In this document: one piece after another, positions 1 through 10,934 of the stretch | Layout: each line of letters opens with the position of its first letter | How positions within the stretch are numbered: the stretch's first letter is position 1 | Source of the DNA: an uncultured Gemmatimonadaceae bacterium | GTDB taxonomy: Bacteria; Gemmatimonadota; Gemmatimonadetes; Gemmatimonadales; Gemmatimonadaceae | Reading direction: 5' to 3' | NCBI GenBank assembly: GCA_963740355.1 | Contig: CAVUDW010000003.1 | Span: forward strand, 1,184,001-1,248,000 | DNA length: 64,000 nucleotides | The notes under the pieces: model-generated | Told to the model about the DNA's origin: nothing | The model's database searches: none | What the model saw: the letters and a program-made list of their open reading frames with translations, nothing else | Program-made: the position numbers and the translations under genes

Positions 1-536
1 GCGGGCACCGGCGCCCCGCTGGCACTCGGCAATGGCCGCAACTGACCGCCTGCCAACTCGAGGATCGCCCAGGGCCACTCCGCCGGTGTGACCGGCGCCG
101 CCACCAGTGCCGCACCACCCGCCGACAGCCAGGGCGACAGCAGTTGCACCATCGCTCGCACATCAGGTTCGGGCGCGCGTTCGATCAAGGCGGCATCGAG
201 AATCACGAGGCCCGGCGGTACGCCGTCGCGCCGCTGCACCGCGCGTGGGGCATCACCCGCAGGCGCATACCGCACACCCGTCAAGCCGCGCGGGCTCCAA
301 CGCACACTCCCGGAATCACAGCGCGCCACGCCAGCCGCGATGGCACAGAGCATCGAGCGAGCCAGTGGCAACGCACCGGTGACCGCCAACGCCTCACCCG
401 GCAAAAGCTGCAACGAGACGCCACCCAAAACCGTGACCCGCACTCGACAGGCGCCAGCGCCTGCGGTGATCACCTTGCGAACATTCTTCAGGACGAGCTG
501 CGGTCCTGTGACGAACTGAAAACCAGCGTGCGACAT
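1..536 (-). CDS. Degenerate ABC-ATPase-like protein (3' partial, runs off window)
   Basis: Not in ORF track. Manual translation from ATG at 536: MSHAGFQFVTGPQLVLKNVRKVITAG...VTVLGGVSLQLLPGEALAVTGALPLARSMLCAIAAGVARCDSGSVRW, following the ABC NBD N-terminal pattern but with Walker A replaced by GALPLARS; open to the window edge. Confidence 0.6.
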   Translation of the reverse strand, partial: MSHAGFQFVTGPQLVLKNVRKVITAGAGACRVRVTVLGGVSLQLLPGEALAVTGALPLARSMLCAIAAGVARCDSGSVRWSPRGLTGVRYAPAGDAPRAVQRRDGVPPGLVILDAALIERAPEPDVRAMVQLLSPWLSAGGAALVAAPVTPAEWPWAILELAGGQLRPLPSASGAPVP

Positions 537-645
537 GTGGCACTCCGATGGCTGATGACGCCACCACTATTGCACACGTCGCAGCCTGCACCGTCACCGA
601 AACTCGCCAGCACTCATCATTCTTGCGCGTGTGGCCGAAACGAGA

Positions 646-670
646 ACGGGGCCCCACCGCAGGGCCCCGT
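646..670 (-). terminator. Hairpin/likely intrinsic terminator downstream of phosphoesterase
   Basis: ACGGGGCCC-7nt-GGGCCCCGT followed by a pyrimidine-rich tail on the minus strand. Confidence 0.55.
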
Positions 671-723
671 CCCACCATCGTTACTCAGACTTTCGACTTT
701 CACTCAGCTCGATTCACGCCAGA

Positions 724-1875
724 TCACGGAACTGGAACGAACACCTGCGCCCAGCTGAAGACCGCAGGCGACTTCGGGTCGATCGTGAGCTTCACCCAGT
801 CGATGTCCGCCTCGATGCTGCGGTCCACGACGAGCTGCGTGACGTTCGGCACCGGCGCAACGCCATAAAGGCTGAACCAGGGCACACCTGCGTCGACGCG
901 AAACTCGTGGCTGTCGCCGCTGATCATCAGGACCGGCTTGCGGAACCGCGTCGCGAGGGTGGCGATGCGCTGTACGAATGCCGTGTGGGCGCTGAAGTCT
1001 GCACCAGCGGCTCGATCGTCAGGTGCCCACAGGTCGGCCTGCAGGATCAGGACGACGCCTTTCGCATGCTCTTCACGCGCTTCCTCGAAGGTGCGCTCCA
1101 GCCAGCGGAGATTGGCCGCATCACGTGCGGCCCACTCGGCTTCACGCGCGGCGCCTTCCGCCGCTGTTTCCGGCCGAGCCACCGTGACGAGCGGCGTCAA
1201 CGAGGTTGTGTCCTTGCGGTCGCCAAACCAACTCGCACGACCATTGTTCGACCCAATCACATGGAATGTCGAAAACGCCACACCCGCGGCCATCCACGAG
1301 GCATTTTCGGGATAGTTTCGCTGCGCATCGATACGCTTCGGCGCCGCGCCAAGCGTGAACCCTGGGCGAGAAAAGAACAGCTCGCGGATCTTCGCCAGGC
1401 GATTGATCGGGTTGTACCCGCCATTGTTGGCGCGGTGGCAATCCGTCCACTCATTGTCACCGATGCTGTACACGAGCGGATCGCGGAACGTCCGGAACTG
1501 GTCGGCAATCTGCTGGAACCATTCGTCAGAGCACTTTGTGCTGCCCGACTTGATGTCGCCAACGTGAATGGCACGGCTGACATTCGCATCGGCATTGATC
1601 GAGCCGATCAGGGTCGGCATCAGCGACAAAGCCGTCTGCGGCGTGCGCGGCTCGTACGGAACGTCGCCAATCACGGCGTACGTCACCGCGCGATTCTCGT
1701 CGTCGTCATCGCGATCATCGCCGCGATCGTGCTTGTAGCTGCCGTCAACGCCGCCGGACTGGGCTCGGAGGTCGACCTGGTTCGCCGCCGTGAGAGGCGT
1801 GCCGTCCTGCGCGCAGCCGGAGGCGAGGACGCCCATGGCGAGGGCGAGCCATAGGCCCGTGGTGGTACGCTGCAT
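724..1875 (-). CDS. Calcineurin-like metallophosphoesterase, lipoprotein
   Basis: Start trimmed to MQRTTTGLW; lipobox LASGC; motifs GDVPY, HVGDI, IGDNEW, GDSH. Confidence 0.8.
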   Translation of the reverse strand: MQRTTTGLWLALAMGVLASGCAQDGTPLTAANQVDLRAQSGGVDGSYKHDRGDDRDDDDENRAVTYAVIGDVPYEPRTPQTALSLMPTLIGSINADANVSRAIHVGDIKSGSTKCSDEWFQQIADQFRTFRDPLVYSIGDNEWTDCHRANNGGYNPINRLAKIRELFFSRPGFTLGAAPKRIDAQRNYPENASWMAAGVAFSTFHVIGSNNGRASWFGDRKDTTSLTPLVTVARPETAAEGAAREAEWAARDAANLRWLERTFEEAREEHAKGVVLILQADLWAPDDRAAGADFSAHTAFVQRIATLATRFRKPVLMISGDSHEFRVDAGVPWFSLYGVAPVPNVTQLVVDRSIEADIDWVKLTIDPKSPAVFSWAQVFVPVP

Positions 1876-1990
1876 CGTGCTTCCCGGGAATGGAATGGAG
1901 TGGAGTATCGTGCCAGTCCATTCAGCCGGTCGTCCAACACGGGCGACTTCACAGAAATGTCCCCGAAGTGTCACGATCCGTCGGGCACCC

Positions 1991-3052
1991 TCAGCGTAAG
2001 GCGACCCTCGCCTCGTGCACGGCAAGGATGGCGTCAGCAATCGGCGACGGATCGAATCGCACGGGGTCAGTGGCCGGCAACCGTGTCTCGGCCATGGCCC
2101 GCTCGATGGCGTCACGCGCCGCCTCATCGCTGAGATCGTAGGTATTCATCGCGACCGCAATCGTCGGCGCAAAACGCAATGGCGTGGTCACCGCATCGTG
2201 CAATGCGATCAACGACTTCAGCGACGGGATCTTCACCCACTCGTTGTTGCGGATCGCAACCCGTGACGGCTGCGTGCACAACACCAGCGCATGCGGCAGC
2301 GAGCCATGGATCAGGCCATACGTCACGCCGGAGAAGCCCGGATGAATCAGGCTGCCCTGCCCTTCCACCAACACGATGTCAGCATCCTTCGCGGATTCCA
2401 GTACCAGCCGTTCCGCCGCGCCACCGATGAAGTCTGCAACCACGGCGTCGACCGAAATGCCCTTGCCGTCGATGAAGATGCCCGTCTGCCCTGTGCCGGC
2501 GAACGCCACACGGACGCCGCGATCCTTGAGCGCTTCGCGCACCGCGAGCTGCGTCGTCATCTTGCCGATGTTGCAGTCGCTGCCGACCGTCAGGATCACC
2601 GTCGCGTCGCACTCGCGCACACGTCCCGATGACACCGGAAGATCCGTGGGCGGCTTGCGCACATCGAGAATGTCGACGCCGCGCTCCTGCGCCATCGCCT
2701 TGAATTCCGGATCGTCGCCGATGAAGACGTGCAACCCGCTCCAGATGTGCAGTCCCGCATCGATCGCCGCACGCAACACCGGACGCCAGGCATCCGGCAG
2801 CTGGCCACCCGCAGGCGCGATGCCGATCAGCAGGATGTTCGGGTCGAGCGGCAATCCCGCAGCCACCGATGCCACCACTGGAATGGCGCCGCCAAAGCCG
2901 AGCACATCCTGCACCGTCTTGCCGGCATTCACCGTGTCCAGCACACCGACCACCTGCTCCGGTGTGAAGCGAATGCAGCCAACGGCGGTCTTCGACGAGT
3001 GTACGCCGAACGCGCCGTCAGCGAGGATCAGGTAGCGGGGGGTGAGCGTCAT
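1991..3052 (-). CDS. DUF1611 domain protein (DgcN-like, P-loop)
   Basis: SKTAVG N-terminus, TVGSDCNIGKMTT, GTGQTG, DAVVADFIGGA, VEGQGSL are characteristic of DUF1611. Confidence 0.85.
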   Translation of the reverse strand: MTLTPRYLILADGAFGVHSSKTAVGCIRFTPEQVVGVLDTVNAGKTVQDVLGFGGAIPVVASVAAGLPLDPNILLIGIAPAGGQLPDAWRPVLRAAIDAGLHIWSGLHVFIGDDPEFKAMAQERGVDILDVRKPPTDLPVSSGRVRECDATVILTVGSDCNIGKMTTQLAVREALKDRGVRVAFAGTGQTGIFIDGKGISVDAVVADFIGGAAERLVLESAKDADIVLVEGQGSLIHPGFSGVTYGLIHGSLPHALVLCTQPSRVAIRNNEWVKIPSLKSLIALHDAVTTPLRFAPTIAVAMNTYDLSDEAARDAIERAMAETRLPATDPVRFDPSPIADAILAVHEARVALR

Positions 3053-3084
3053 GCTCCCAACCTAAAGCCCCGGGGAAATCCGGG

Positions 3085-3192
3085 AATCCGGTGACAGAAA
3101 TCCGGTGACAGTGCACACTTTTCCGGCCTGTGGCCGAAAAGTGTGCACTGTCACCGGATTTCCACCAATTGTGTGCACTGTCACCGGATTCC
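3085..3192. repeat. REP/REPIN-like palindromic cluster
   Basis: Perfect 26-bp inverted repeat AAATCCGGTGACAGTGCACACTTTTC (3098-3123 / 3136-3161) plus partial copies at 3085-3097 and 3171-3192. Confidence 0.85.
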
Positions 3193-3226
3193 GCGACCGC
3201 GACCGCACCAGAAACTGCAACAGCAA

Positions 3227-3374
3227 TGGGGGGGAGGCCACGGAGCTCACGGAGTGCGTTGAGGGCCGCCGTCAGCGCAGCGCGACCTTCCGAGCTGTTG
3301 AAAACAAGAGAGTGGGGGCGCTGAAGAATTGGTTGCCACTGGAGCACTCCGTGAGCTCCGTGGCCTCCCCCCCA
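3227..3374. repeat. Second REPIN/MITE-like element, 31-bp perfect inverted repeat
   Basis: TGGGGGGGAGGCCACGGAGCTCACGGAGTGC (3227-3257) and its exact reverse complement (3344-3374) enclosing 86 bp. Confidence 0.85.
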
Positions 3375-3450
3375 ATGCAGTTGCTTTTAGCAGTTGCTCT
3401 GAAGGCGTGCTGTGGCAGTCGCCTTCCGCGGCACCGCGCGCGAAACGCAC

Positions 3451-4632
3451 TTAAGCGACTGCGGCCCGCTCCGCCATCGCGATCAGGTCCGGCAAGGTGC
3501 CAGCGGGCAGGATCACGCCACCTTCAGGCGCGGGCACGCGCAGGACCATCGTGCGATCGACCGGCAAGGGCCGCTCGGCGGCGCCCTGGTAGATGCGGTT
3601 CACCAGCACGCGGCGCACGATGACGGTCAGGACCACCAGCAGCGGCACAGCGACCACCAGACCGACGGGGCCGAGCAACTGGCCGAAGATCAGCACCGAC
3701 ATGATGCTCAGCACCGGCGGCAGCTTGACCTGGTTCTGCGTGATCAACGGCAGCACCAGGTTGCTCTCGATCAGGTGAATCACCGTGCCGAGGATGATCA
3801 CGCCGAGCACACGCCACGGATCGCCGTCGCTGGCGAGGACGAACAGTGCGGGGATCGTCGTGCTGATCAACGTGCCGAAGAACGGCACGATGGCGACGGC
3901 GCCGGTGAAGATGCCGAAGGTGAGCCAGTACGGGACCTGCAACGCCGCCAGGCCGATGGCCGTGAGCACAGCAAGAATCACCATGCCGAGCAATTGACCC
4001 GTGATCCATGACCGCAGGTCACGCGCGATCTCGAGCAACACGTCGCGCACCAATTCGCGCTGCGTCGGCGGGAAGAGCGCGATCAACCATTCGCGATAGT
4101 CGGCAGGCCGGCGCGCGAGGTACAACGACATCACCATCAGCGCGAACCCATCGATCGCAAGATGGAGCAACCCGAAGACCTTCGGCAGCAAGCCCTCGAG
4201 CTGCGAGCTGGCCTGCTCGTAGAGGACCGACAGGGCCTTGTGGTCTTCCGTCGCCAGATACGCCTTCAGCGGCGGAATGCGCTCGCCGAGCTTGACGATC
4301 TGATTCTCGAGGCCGGAGATGTATTTCGGCAACTCGAGCGCGAGCGCACGTGTCTGCTCGGCAAAGGGCGGCACGAGAATCGTGATCAGCCCCACCAGCG
4401 CACCAAGCGACAGGACCACGGCGCCGAGCAACGCCAGCGACGACGGCATGCGCAGGCGCACCGTCAGCACATCGGCCACGGCACGCAGGAAGAGCGACAG
4501 CAGGACGGCGATGAAGAGCAGCAGGAAGACGTTCGATGCCTTCACCACCAGCCAGAGCAGTGCCACGGTGACGATCGTGCCGAACAGCACGGGCGCGAAC
4601 CGCAAACGTGGCACTGCCTTGCCAGCATTCAC
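3451..4632 (-). CDS. AI-2E family transporter
   Basis: Multi-TM protein with IVPFFGTLIS, IESNLVLPLI, FGQLLGPVGLVVAVP motifs. Confidence 0.9.
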   Translation of the reverse strand: MNAGKAVPRLRFAPVLFGTIVTVALLWLVVKASNVFLLLFIAVLLSLFLRAVADVLTVRLRMPSSLALLGAVVLSLGALVGLITILVPPFAEQTRALALELPKYISGLENQIVKLGERIPPLKAYLATEDHKALSVLYEQASSQLEGLLPKVFGLLHLAIDGFALMVMSLYLARRPADYREWLIALFPPTQRELVRDVLLEIARDLRSWITGQLLGMVILAVLTAIGLAALQVPYWLTFGIFTGAVAIVPFFGTLISTTIPALFVLASDGDPWRVLGVIILGTVIHLIESNLVLPLITQNQVKLPPVLSIMSVLIFGQLLGPVGLVVAVPLLVVLTVIVRRVLVNRIYQGAAERPLPVDRTMVLRVPAPEGGVILPAGTLPDLIAMAERAAVA

Positions 4633-4675
4633 TGCGACACGCTCACGACATCGCAGTGATTGTTCGACAGACTGT

Positions 4676-5467
4676 TCATGACGCCGGTGAGGTGTCGTCG
4701 AGGTGTTCGTAATCGGCTTCGGTGATGTCCGATGTCCCGGCAGCGCCCTTCGGCAGCTGCTTCGCCTGCGGAGACGAACCCGCCGGCAACATCCCCATCT
4801 TCTGCTTCAGCTCGAGCAGGCGTGCCTCGGCGCTGAGGCCACCGGCGGCCTTCTCCAGCTTCTTGAAATCCGACTGCAGGCGATCGCCGCTGAACTCTTC
4901 CTCGATCTCGGCGCTGGCCGTGAGGCGGCGTTCGTTCTGCTCGATCTTTTCTTCCATGCGGGCGAAGGCTTCGAAGGCACTCTTCTCGCTCAGCCCCGAC
5001 ATCGTGTTCTGGATGCGGGCCTGGGCCTCGGCGCGACGGGCGCGCGCGAGCAGCAGGTTCTTCTTGCGCTTCGCTTCCTCGATCTTGTCATTCAGGTCGC
5101 GGAGCAGCGACTTCAGCTTCTCCGTCTCGGCCTGATGCGTTTCCCACGTGCGCTGCAGCGTCGTCGCATGTTCGGCGTGTTCACTCTGCCGCATGAGGGC
5201 CTGACGGGCGAGGTCGTCGCGGTTCTGCTGGATGGCCAGCATGGCGCGCTGTTCCCACTCGCCTGCCTGCTTGAACTCCTGATCGGCCTGGTCGCGAAGA
5301 CGCTTCTCGTCGGCGATCGCGGCTGCGACCTGCTGCTTGGCCTTGGCCAGCTGCGAGCGCATGTCGAGGATCGACTGCTCGAGCAGCTTTTCCGGTTCCT
5401 CAGCCTTCGAGATCAGGTCGTTCAGGTTCGCTTTGATCAGCGATGAAAGGCGGTCGAAGAGTCCCAT
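4676..5467 (-). CDS. pspA: PspA/IM30 family protein
   Basis: MGLFDRLSSLIKANLNDLISKAEEPEKLLEQ N-terminus; long coiled coil; AFEAFARMEEKI. Confidence 0.93.
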   Translation of the reverse strand: MGLFDRLSSLIKANLNDLISKAEEPEKLLEQSILDMRSQLAKAKQQVAAAIADEKRLRDQADQEFKQAGEWEQRAMLAIQQNRDDLARQALMRQSEHAEHATTLQRTWETHQAETEKLKSLLRDLNDKIEEAKRKKNLLLARARRAEAQARIQNTMSGLSEKSAFEAFARMEEKIEQNERRLTASAEIEEEFSGDRLQSDFKKLEKAAGGLSAEARLLELKQKMGMLPAGSSPQAKQLPKGAAGTSDITEADYEHLDDTSPAS

Positions 5468-5471
5468 TGAA

Positions 5472-5879
5472 TCAGTGGACCTCGCGGAACGGGGCGAGCT
5501 CGCGCATGGAGTGCGACGCGAGGGCGAGCGTCATGCTCTCGTAGGAAGCGAGGAACTCGGAGTAGTCGAGGTTCGCCAGGTCGAGCGTATCGGTGAGGAT
5601 GATGTCGTTGCCCGAGATGCCGTACGCCGCGTGCGAGAGATCGGTGGCGTTCAGCTCCAGCAGGCGACGAAACAATCCGCTGGCGCTCGACGCGTCATCC
5701 GGGACTGGCATGACGTTCATGCGCATCAGGAGCACGGGCGGGGTCAGGTTGACGACCACCTGTGCGTCCGGCGTACCGCCCGGGCGGACGACGTACATGC
5801 CGGGCTCGACTTCAGAATAGCTGGCGCCTTCTGCGCCCAGACGGACGAGAAAGCTTTCCAGATCTTCGCGACTGACCAT
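5472..5879 (-). CDS. YbjN/CesT-like chaperone-fold protein
   Basis: Start trimmed to MVSRED; small acidic protein with LFRRLLELNATDLSHAAYGI; tightly coupled to pspA. Confidence 0.7.
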   Translation of the reverse strand: MVSREDLESFLVRLGAEGASYSEVEPGMYVVRPGGTPDAQVVVNLTPPVLLMRMNVMPVPDDASSASGLFRRLLELNATDLSHAAYGISGNDIILTDTLDLANLDYSEFLASYESMTLALASHSMRELAPFREVH

Positions 5880-5961
5880 GTGGTGCCTCGGGTTGGGTGC
5901 CGTCTCACCGTACGCAGGCGAGGTCGACATGTTTCGGTACGACACGCGAAGCTACGGCTTC

Positions 5962-5998
5962 GCGGGAAGGGACGGCAACCACGAGCCGCCCTTCCCGC
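5962..5998. terminator. GC-rich hairpin at left edge of protease island
   Basis: GCGGGAAGGG(A)CGGC...GCCGCCCTTCCCGC just downstream of the M48 gene stop. Confidence 0.45.
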
Positions 5999-6030
5999 CG
6001 ACTTCGCGCCTCGGATGTCTACCCCAGCCC

Positions 6031-8088
6031 CTACTGGTCCGACCGCGCCGTGATCGACGTGATGGTGGTTCCGTCAGTCACCACCCGCACCAGATGTCCC
6101 GTCACCACATACACATAGGTGTCGCCATCGCGGTCCACAGCTCGGCCGAGGCGCGACAGGGCGCTGATGGGCTGCCCAGGGGTGACACCGGCCAGTGACC
6201 ACGGGCCGGATGACATGATGCCGACGATGCGCTGACCGCCAGCCGGGTCCGGCTCGACGAGGAAGGCCACACCGGCCTCGTCGCTCTGGATGGTCTGGCC
6301 GGCGCCCACGGCACCAGGCAGCACGGTGCGGGCGTCACGCGGACGCATGCCCGTGCCAACCTTCTTCAATCCATCAGGCGACACGAGCTGGATAGAGCGG
6401 AAGCCCAGGTTGCCGATCTTGCTGTTGGCGCCGGGTGACGGGGCCACCGGGCGCGGCGCCGTGGTCGGCGTCGTCGGGGATGCGGAACCGGCGGGCAGCG
6501 TGGTCGGCGTACCGGCGCGGGCGGCCATCACGACCCGCCCCGCTTCCTGTCCCCACGGCTGCTGGCCGTAGATGTCGCGGTAGGCGGTGAGCAACGTGAG
6601 GCCGGTGGTCTTGTCCTTCTCGAACACCGAGCGTGCGTAGTTGAAGCAGACGCGCGTGCTCATCGGCTTGGTCTTGTCGCTGAGACAGTTGGTGCGCCAG
6701 GCCGTCTCCGAGGGCTGCGTGTTGCCGCCGGTGAGGATACGACCGAACACCGCGCGTGCGGAGTCGAGCTGGCCAGCCTGGTAGTACGCGATGCCAAGTG
6801 TGTTGAGCACCGACGCATCGCCGCTCGCGAGTTGCACGGCACGCTTGGCACGGGTCAACGCACGCGCCGAGTTGCCGGTGTACGCATCGAGCAATGCGAG
6901 GTTCGACAGGCTTGCGGGTCGATTGTCCACATCGGGAATCGCTTCCAGTGCCGTTCGCGCACGCGCCAGCAGCGAAACGTCACCGGTGCTGTTGTCACCG
7001 CGCAGTCCTTCCACGAAGCGCGTGCGCACGACACCGACCGTCGGCCGCACACCGAGCGCCCCGACCGGCACCGTCGACAGCCACTGCGTGAGCAACGCTG
7101 CACCCATCGCTTCATCGATGAACGGAGCGCCCGGCAGCGCACGACGCACGGAGTCGAGCATCGCGATGCCGCGATCGACTTCGACGTTGGCGCTGATCAA
7201 GCCGATGGCGCTGTCGTAGCGATCCTGTTCCTCCAGCATGCTGGCCCAGAGCCGCATGTAGAGCGCCGCGCGACGCACGGCGGACGGATGCGTGCTCATC
7301 ACACGCTCGCCCCAGAAGGCGTTCTCGCCTGATGCACGCTCCTCGGCCGCATCCATTTCCCACAGGCGCACCAGTTCACCGGCGTCGCTGAAGACATTCG
7401 TCTTGCGGGTGGCGAACATGATGTAGGCGCCGAGTGAGTCGGCGGCGAGTTCCTTGCCCTGCGAATACGAACGGCAGGCCACCACACCTGGTGCGGCGAT
7501 GCGCGTGCCCTCGGCCCTGCTGGCGGTGACGTCACCACCGGCTGCGAGGTTGTTCGAGCCGCGGCAGTTCGTGTCCTGGGCATGTCGCAGGATGAGATGC
7601 GACATCTCGTGCGCGATCACCGTCGAGAGGAAGACATCGCTCAACTCGGCCGCATTGCGACCGGTGCGCGGTGCCGCCTGGGCTGCGCGGCGATCGAGTG
7701 CCTCGATCATGCCCGTGTAGACGACGATCAGGTGATAGCCGTTGGACGGCCAGCCGGTCGCGAAGGCGTTCTGCTCGTTCTTGTTGAGCACGAGGAACCG
7801 CGTGGACCCGCCGATGTCGCGTGCGGCAGCGGCGATCGGGCGAATGAGGCGGGCGACGCGCTGGAAGCGGGCCGTCGTCAGTTCGCAGTTTGGCTTCTGG
7901 AAATCTTCGTTTTCGCGCAGCATGGTTTTCACCTGCGCTTCGAAGGCACTCTTGACCGCCGTTTCCGGGATGGCGGGCGACGGGTCGCAGGGTGCCTGCG
8001 CGCCGGCGGTACGAGCAACACTGCTGCCGATCACGAGCGTCAGGGCGACGGCGGCGCGGCGGAGTCCTGGGGAGAGGATCGTATGCAT
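6031..8088 (-). CDS. Secreted M48 family zinc metallopeptidase with TPR region
   Basis: Start trimmed to MHTILS; signal peptide ending AGA-Q; QNAFA, HEMSH (HExxH), ELAADSLG, STHPS motifs; TPR-like VLNTLGIAYYQAGQLDSARAVF. Confidence 0.85.
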   Translation of the reverse strand: MHTILSPGLRRAAVALTLVIGSSVARTAGAQAPCDPSPAIPETAVKSAFEAQVKTMLRENEDFQKPNCELTTARFQRVARLIRPIAAAARDIGGSTRFLVLNKNEQNAFATGWPSNGYHLIVVYTGMIEALDRRAAQAAPRTGRNAAELSDVFLSTVIAHEMSHLILRHAQDTNCRGSNNLAAGGDVTASRAEGTRIAAPGVVACRSYSQGKELAADSLGAYIMFATRKTNVFSDAGELVRLWEMDAAEERASGENAFWGERVMSTHPSAVRRAALYMRLWASMLEEQDRYDSAIGLISANVEVDRGIAMLDSVRRALPGAPFIDEAMGAALLTQWLSTVPVGALGVRPTVGVVRTRFVEGLRGDNSTGDVSLLARARTALEAIPDVDNRPASLSNLALLDAYTGNSARALTRAKRAVQLASGDASVLNTLGIAYYQAGQLDSARAVFGRILTGGNTQPSETAWRTNCLSDKTKPMSTRVCFNYARSVFEKDKTTGLTLLTAYRDIYGQQPWGQEAGRVVMAARAGTPTTLPAGSASPTTPTTAPRPVAPSPGANSKIGNLGFRSIQLVSPDGLKKVGTGMRPRDARTVLPGAVGAGQTIQSDEAGVAFLVEPDPAGGQRIVGIMSSGPWSLAGVTPGQPISALSRLGRAVDRDGDTYVYVVTGHLVRVVTDGTTITSITARSDQ

Positions 8089-8337
8089 GGGCGGAGATAT
8101 AGTCGTGGAGCGAGGTCGGCAGGCAGGAAACGGATGAACGCCTGTCGCTCCGGGCTTCGGTGGCGAGACGTCTGCCCTGATGGACACGTCACGACCGATT
8201 CCGTGTCCATTCCAGCAGGGTCACCCGAACGGGTCAATTGCCCCGGGGCGACCCCGACCGTATTGCTTCCCCAGCGCGCCCACCGGTCATGTTCTGACTT
8301 GCGGGTCGGCACCTCCCTTATCGAGCGCCAGACGCAC

Positions 8338-10780
8338 ATGTCCTCCACACGTTCTTCCTCCCCGCTCGCCCTCGCGGCGTTGGCTCGGGTTTCCGGATTC
8401 CGCCGCCTCGGTTCTGGGCTGTCGGCGTTGCTGCTCTGCGCGCTGCCGATGATGACGGCGACGCCGCTCGCGGCGCAGGTTCGGCGCGCCTTGATCGTGG
8501 GGGTGAACGACTACGAGGCCTTCATTCCCGCGACGGCCGTGCGAACCGCGGTGGCCAGCGCGGCACGCCGCACACCGGCGCCGACGACCGGCGCACGTGG
8601 GGTGAGCGCGCGCGGCACGATCAGCAATCTCGAAGGCTCGGCCAACGATGCGCAGGCGGTGGCGCAGGTGATCACGGCCCGCTTCGGCTTTCAGCGGCCG
8701 AACGTGCGCGTGCTGATCGACAAGGCTGCCACCCGACAGGCGATCATCGATTCACTGACCGCGATGCTCGGCCGATCCAAGCCCGGTGACATCGCGTTCT
8801 TCAGCTTTGCCGGCCACGGGGCGCTCCGTCGCAACACGCTCACCCCAGGCAAGCAGGTCGACCAGACGCTGGTGCCGGTGGATGCCAATGCCGGTGCTGA
8901 AGACATTCGCGACAAGGAACTGGCCGCCATCATCGCACCGGCGGCGGCGCGTGGTGTGGTGATCACGGTGGTCATCGATGCCTGCAATTCCGGCTCCATC
9001 ACGCGCGGTGGCGTGCCGCAGTTGTTGAAGGAACGCTGGGCGTCGATCGATGAGCGCGACAAGGCAGAGCGCTACACTGGGCAGTTCCCGGCCGACGTTG
9101 GTGCGCTGGTGATTTCCGCGGCTGAGGACACGCGTCCGGCCAAGGAAGGCATCGACGAGAACAACGTGCGGCATGGCTTGTTCACTTCGGCGTTTCTGCA
9201 TGCGCTGATGTCGAATTCGACCAACGCCTCCGCACGCCAGATCTTCCAGAGCACGAAGGCGATCATGCAGGGGCGTGCGCCGGATCAGGTGCCGTCGATC
9301 GACGCGCAGCAGGCGCGGTTGCGTCAGCCGCTGTTCGGTGGCGCGAGCGGCGATGCCGCAGTGCGCACCACGGTCGCGCTGACCGGTTTGCGCGGCGAGC
9401 AGGCCGAACTCGATGGCGGCCTCGCGCTTGGCCTGCGACCGGGCACTGAGCTGGCGCGCCTGGTGAATGGCAAGCTGGATACGACGATGGTGGTGAAGGT
9501 CGAGCGCAACACGAGCATCGCGCGCAGCCTGGCGTCGATTGTGCGCGGTAGTGAAGACTCGCTCAAGATCGGTGACCTGTATGCGATCACACGGTGGGTG
9601 GCGGCGGATGAACCACTGCTTCGCGTCTGGGTGCCGGCACCGTTGGCGACGGAAGCGGATCGCGATGCGGCCGTGGCTGAAGCCCGGATCCTGAAGGCCA
9701 GCACCGCGATCACATGGATCGATGATCCGACGAAGATGCCCGCCGGCAATGCACCGCTGGTGACCGTCGCGTTCGAGGGCGGTTGGTGGACGCTGCGCAC
9801 CGGTCGCGAACAGCCGGTGCAGATTGGCGCGACGCTCAAGGCAGCGCGCGTGCTTGTCTGCGATCAATCAGCTCGGCGTGGCAAAACCCGCAGTCTGGCT
9901 CTCGATTCCGCCGACACGGGCGCTGGACAATGCGCTGGCGATCGGCGGCACATCGCAGGCCGCCGGCATCACGCGGGAAGGGGCGCCGGAAGGCGGGTTC
10001 TACGTGCTCGCAGGCCGCGTGACCGACACCGATGTCTCGTATGCCTGGGTGCGAGCGAACGCCTCGGCCGCCGACAGCGCGACGAGCGCCTTCCCGGCAC
10101 GGAGCAACTGGTTCCCGATCAGTTCGGCCCCATCAGCCGCCGCGGCTGGTGACTCGCTGCGCATGCGTGCCGAGGCGCTGGGGCGGGTGCGGACCTGGCT
10201 GACGATCGCCACGCCCCCGGATGAGGGGCAGTTCCCGTATCGCCTTGTGGTCGTGGATAGCGTGAGCGGCAAGCCGATCACCACCGATTCGATCACCGCC
10301 GGCACCGTGATCCAACTCCGCCTCGATGCGGACACGGCGCGGATGGCTGCGGCGGCTACCCGGCAACCACGGTTCGTCTACGTCTTCGACATCGACAGCA
10401 AAGGCAAGGCGACGCTGCTCTTCCCGTCGGACGGCACCAATGCCACGAACCGGGTGCCCTACTTCATGGGCAACAAGGAAGTCTGGCCGGACGCGATCCC
10501 CGTCACCGATGGCGGCGGGCGCGTGGCGTCGTTCGGAGCCACCGATGTCGGCGTGGAGTCGTTGCTGCTGGTGACGTCGGAGCAGGAACTGCCGCGGGAT
10601 GTCTTCGAGTGGGACGCCGTGATCACGACCGAGATCACCCGAGGCGGCAACGAATCGCAGATCGGCGGGCTGTTGCGGAGCCGAATGGGGGCGTCCCGCG
10701 GCCTTGGCGCCCGGCCGGGGTCGGCACCGGCCACCTGGTCGCTGCAGCGTGTGCAGGTCCGGATCGTCCCCAGCCGGTAA
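8338..10780 (+). CDS. Secreted caspase-family (C14) protein with C-terminal DUF4384-like domain; frameshift near 9853
   Basis: Signal peptide ending PLAA-Q; RRALIVGVNDY, LEGSANDA, FAGHG (His), IDACNSG (Cys), HGLFT; coding continues in ORF 9824..10780 (FVYVFDIDSKGKATLLFP). Confidence 0.8.
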
Positions 10781-10934
10781 ACCTCGCGGCATCTTGACCG
10801 AGGTCGTGTTCAGTCGTCTTGCCGAAGGACAGATTGTGGACGGTATTGTGTCAGATCGAGGTGTTCGAGTCTGTGATCGAGTGTTCGTGCGTGTCACGTT
10901 GCCGGCGTTCAGTCACGCCACCGAGGACAGTTCC

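Noticed and set aside
3018..3623. ORFs across the inverted-repeat region
   Set aside because: They are translations of palindromic repeats with no protein-like features
7582..8337. N-terminal extension of the 856-aa caspase ORF
   Set aside because: Antisense overlap with the M48 gene; the signal peptide begins after ATG 8338
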